Shown here: one piece after another, positions 62,840-64,000 of the stretch
How positions within the stretch are numbered: position 1 is the stretch's first letter
Layout: the number at the start of each line of letters is the position of its first letter
Source: Sphaerodactylus townsendi
Lineage: Eukaryota
DNA length: 64,000 nucleotides
Direction of reading: 5' to 3'
Assembly: GCF_021028975.2 (NCBI RefSeq)
Contig: NC_059439.1
Coordinates: forward strand, 5,952,001-6,016,000
Position numbers and translations under genes: made by a program
Notes under the pieces: generated by a model
The model's database searches: none
What the model was told of the DNA's origin: nothing
The model's input: only the letters and a program-made list of their open reading frames with translations

Positions 62840-63364
62840 CGGTTGCCACCCTCCAGGTAGAACCTGGAGATCTCCTGGAATTACATATACTGTCCCCCGG
62901 GGGAAATTGCTGCTTTGGAGGCCGGACTATAGGAAGCTGTGGCCTGCTGAGGTCCCTCTGCTCTGAGGTTGCCAACCTCCAAGTAGTATCTGGGATCTCC
63001 TACTTGTCTGAAATGAACTGCCCTGGAGAAAATGGATGCTCTGGAGGGTGGACTCTATGGCATTCTACAGGGATGTCTGCCTCCAGAGGGAACTTGGGGA
63101 TCCCTTGGAATTTCAGCTCACCTCCAGACTATAGGGATCAGTTTCCCTGGAGAAAACGGATGCTTTGGAGGATGGCCTGTATGGCATCGAACCCTGCTGA
63201 GGTCCCTGTCCTCCCCAGGATCCATATCCAAATCTCCAGGCGCTTCCCAACCTGGATCTGGGAACCCTAATACCGTGCTGAGTTCCCTCCCTTCCCCAGA
63301 TCTCACCCTCCTCAAGCTCCACCCCCAAACCTCCAGGAATTTCCCAGCCCATACCTGGCAGCCT
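62840..63364. mobile_element. Non-autonomous DNA-transposon-like repeat (GGTTGCCA termini)
   Basis: Repeated modules ggttgccamcctcca...ccctggagaaaatggatgct...gaggtccct; ends ctggcagcct. Confidence 0.55.
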
Positions 63365-64000
63365 GATTGACCAGGCTGCAGAAAGCCAAACCTGCCCAAT
63401 GTAAATACTAGACTGGCCCCACTAGCATGTCATCAAAAAAAGGTTGGCCTCTTATATTAGTTACACTAATGCCCAATAATTTAAAAATGTTGTTTTGTGC
63501 ATGATGGGGTTGCCTTACATTTAAGCAGGGTGCAGGGGGTGTCCTTTCAAGGCAATGCCTTTTAGGAAGACCAGCCAGAATAACACAATGCACTGAGCCA
63601 GCTTCTCAGCTGTCCACAATTCTTGCCAGGCTGAGTTGGGAGGTAAGATGGCGTGGGGAAGGAAAACATTTGCATGAAGCCCTCTGGGTATAGGGTACTT
63701 AGCTGGGTTCAAGCAGCTGCAATGCCAAGGATCCTCCCCACCCCAGCATACACACCATAGCCATTCCAGTCCCCATCCAAAATGATAAGAACATGAGCGG
63801 TGCACTGTTAGCCTCTCCTAGCTCTCAGGGTAGAGGCAAACGGCAGAGAGGCAAATGAGGTAGTCCCCTTTGGGACCCCGGTGGGGAGAAAGGCAGGATA
63901 TCCATGAGTTGTTTTTTAAATGAGCTGGTGGCTGGACACACCTGTCTTACCGTGACATGCCTCTGAAGATGTCTACCATATAAATGGGCAAAACAGTAGG

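Noticed and set aside
62081-63399. Many overlapping 60-170 aa ORFs
   Set aside because: Stop-poor CpG island and repeat sequence; only the 42-nt FBXL20 exon is supported.

Overview
This is vertebrate genomic DNA, most likely a squamate reptile and probably a gecko (inferred from Sauria- and Squam3-like SINEs and the CR1/L2/RTE-X/DIRS/Penelope repeat mix). The only host gene I can support is FBXL20 (SCRAPPER) on the minus strand. It has a CpG-island promoter at about 62.0-62.8 kb, coding exon 1 at 62219-62260 (MRREMNGVTKSRFE) and exon 2 at 21728-21789 (MFSNNDEAAINKKLPKELLLR). I found no exon 3, so the rest is intron or displaced sequence packed with transposable elements. Main observations: (1) a large inverted duplication (1-6573 vs 11695-18535) whose second arm carries insertion-rich noise and starts at a perfect hairpin, most likely an assembly artifact; (2) at least six Penelope-like terminal-repeat loci carrying minimal type-I hammerhead ribozyme motifs, several arranged as fold-back pairs and some in the sense orientation of the FBXL20 pre-mRNA; (3) a 4.8 kb DIRS1 tyrosine-recombinase retrotransposon with ITRs, an internal complementary region and a visible GAA crossover, but a deleted recombinase core, nested in a CR1 LINE that also holds an internal RT fragment flanked by a 13-bp duplication. 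Repeat family names come from sequence recognition, not database searches, and repeat boundaries are approximate unless a TSD or TIR is quoted. I see no evidence of a wholly new system; the hammerhead-bearing fold-back elements are the best candidate for follow-up.
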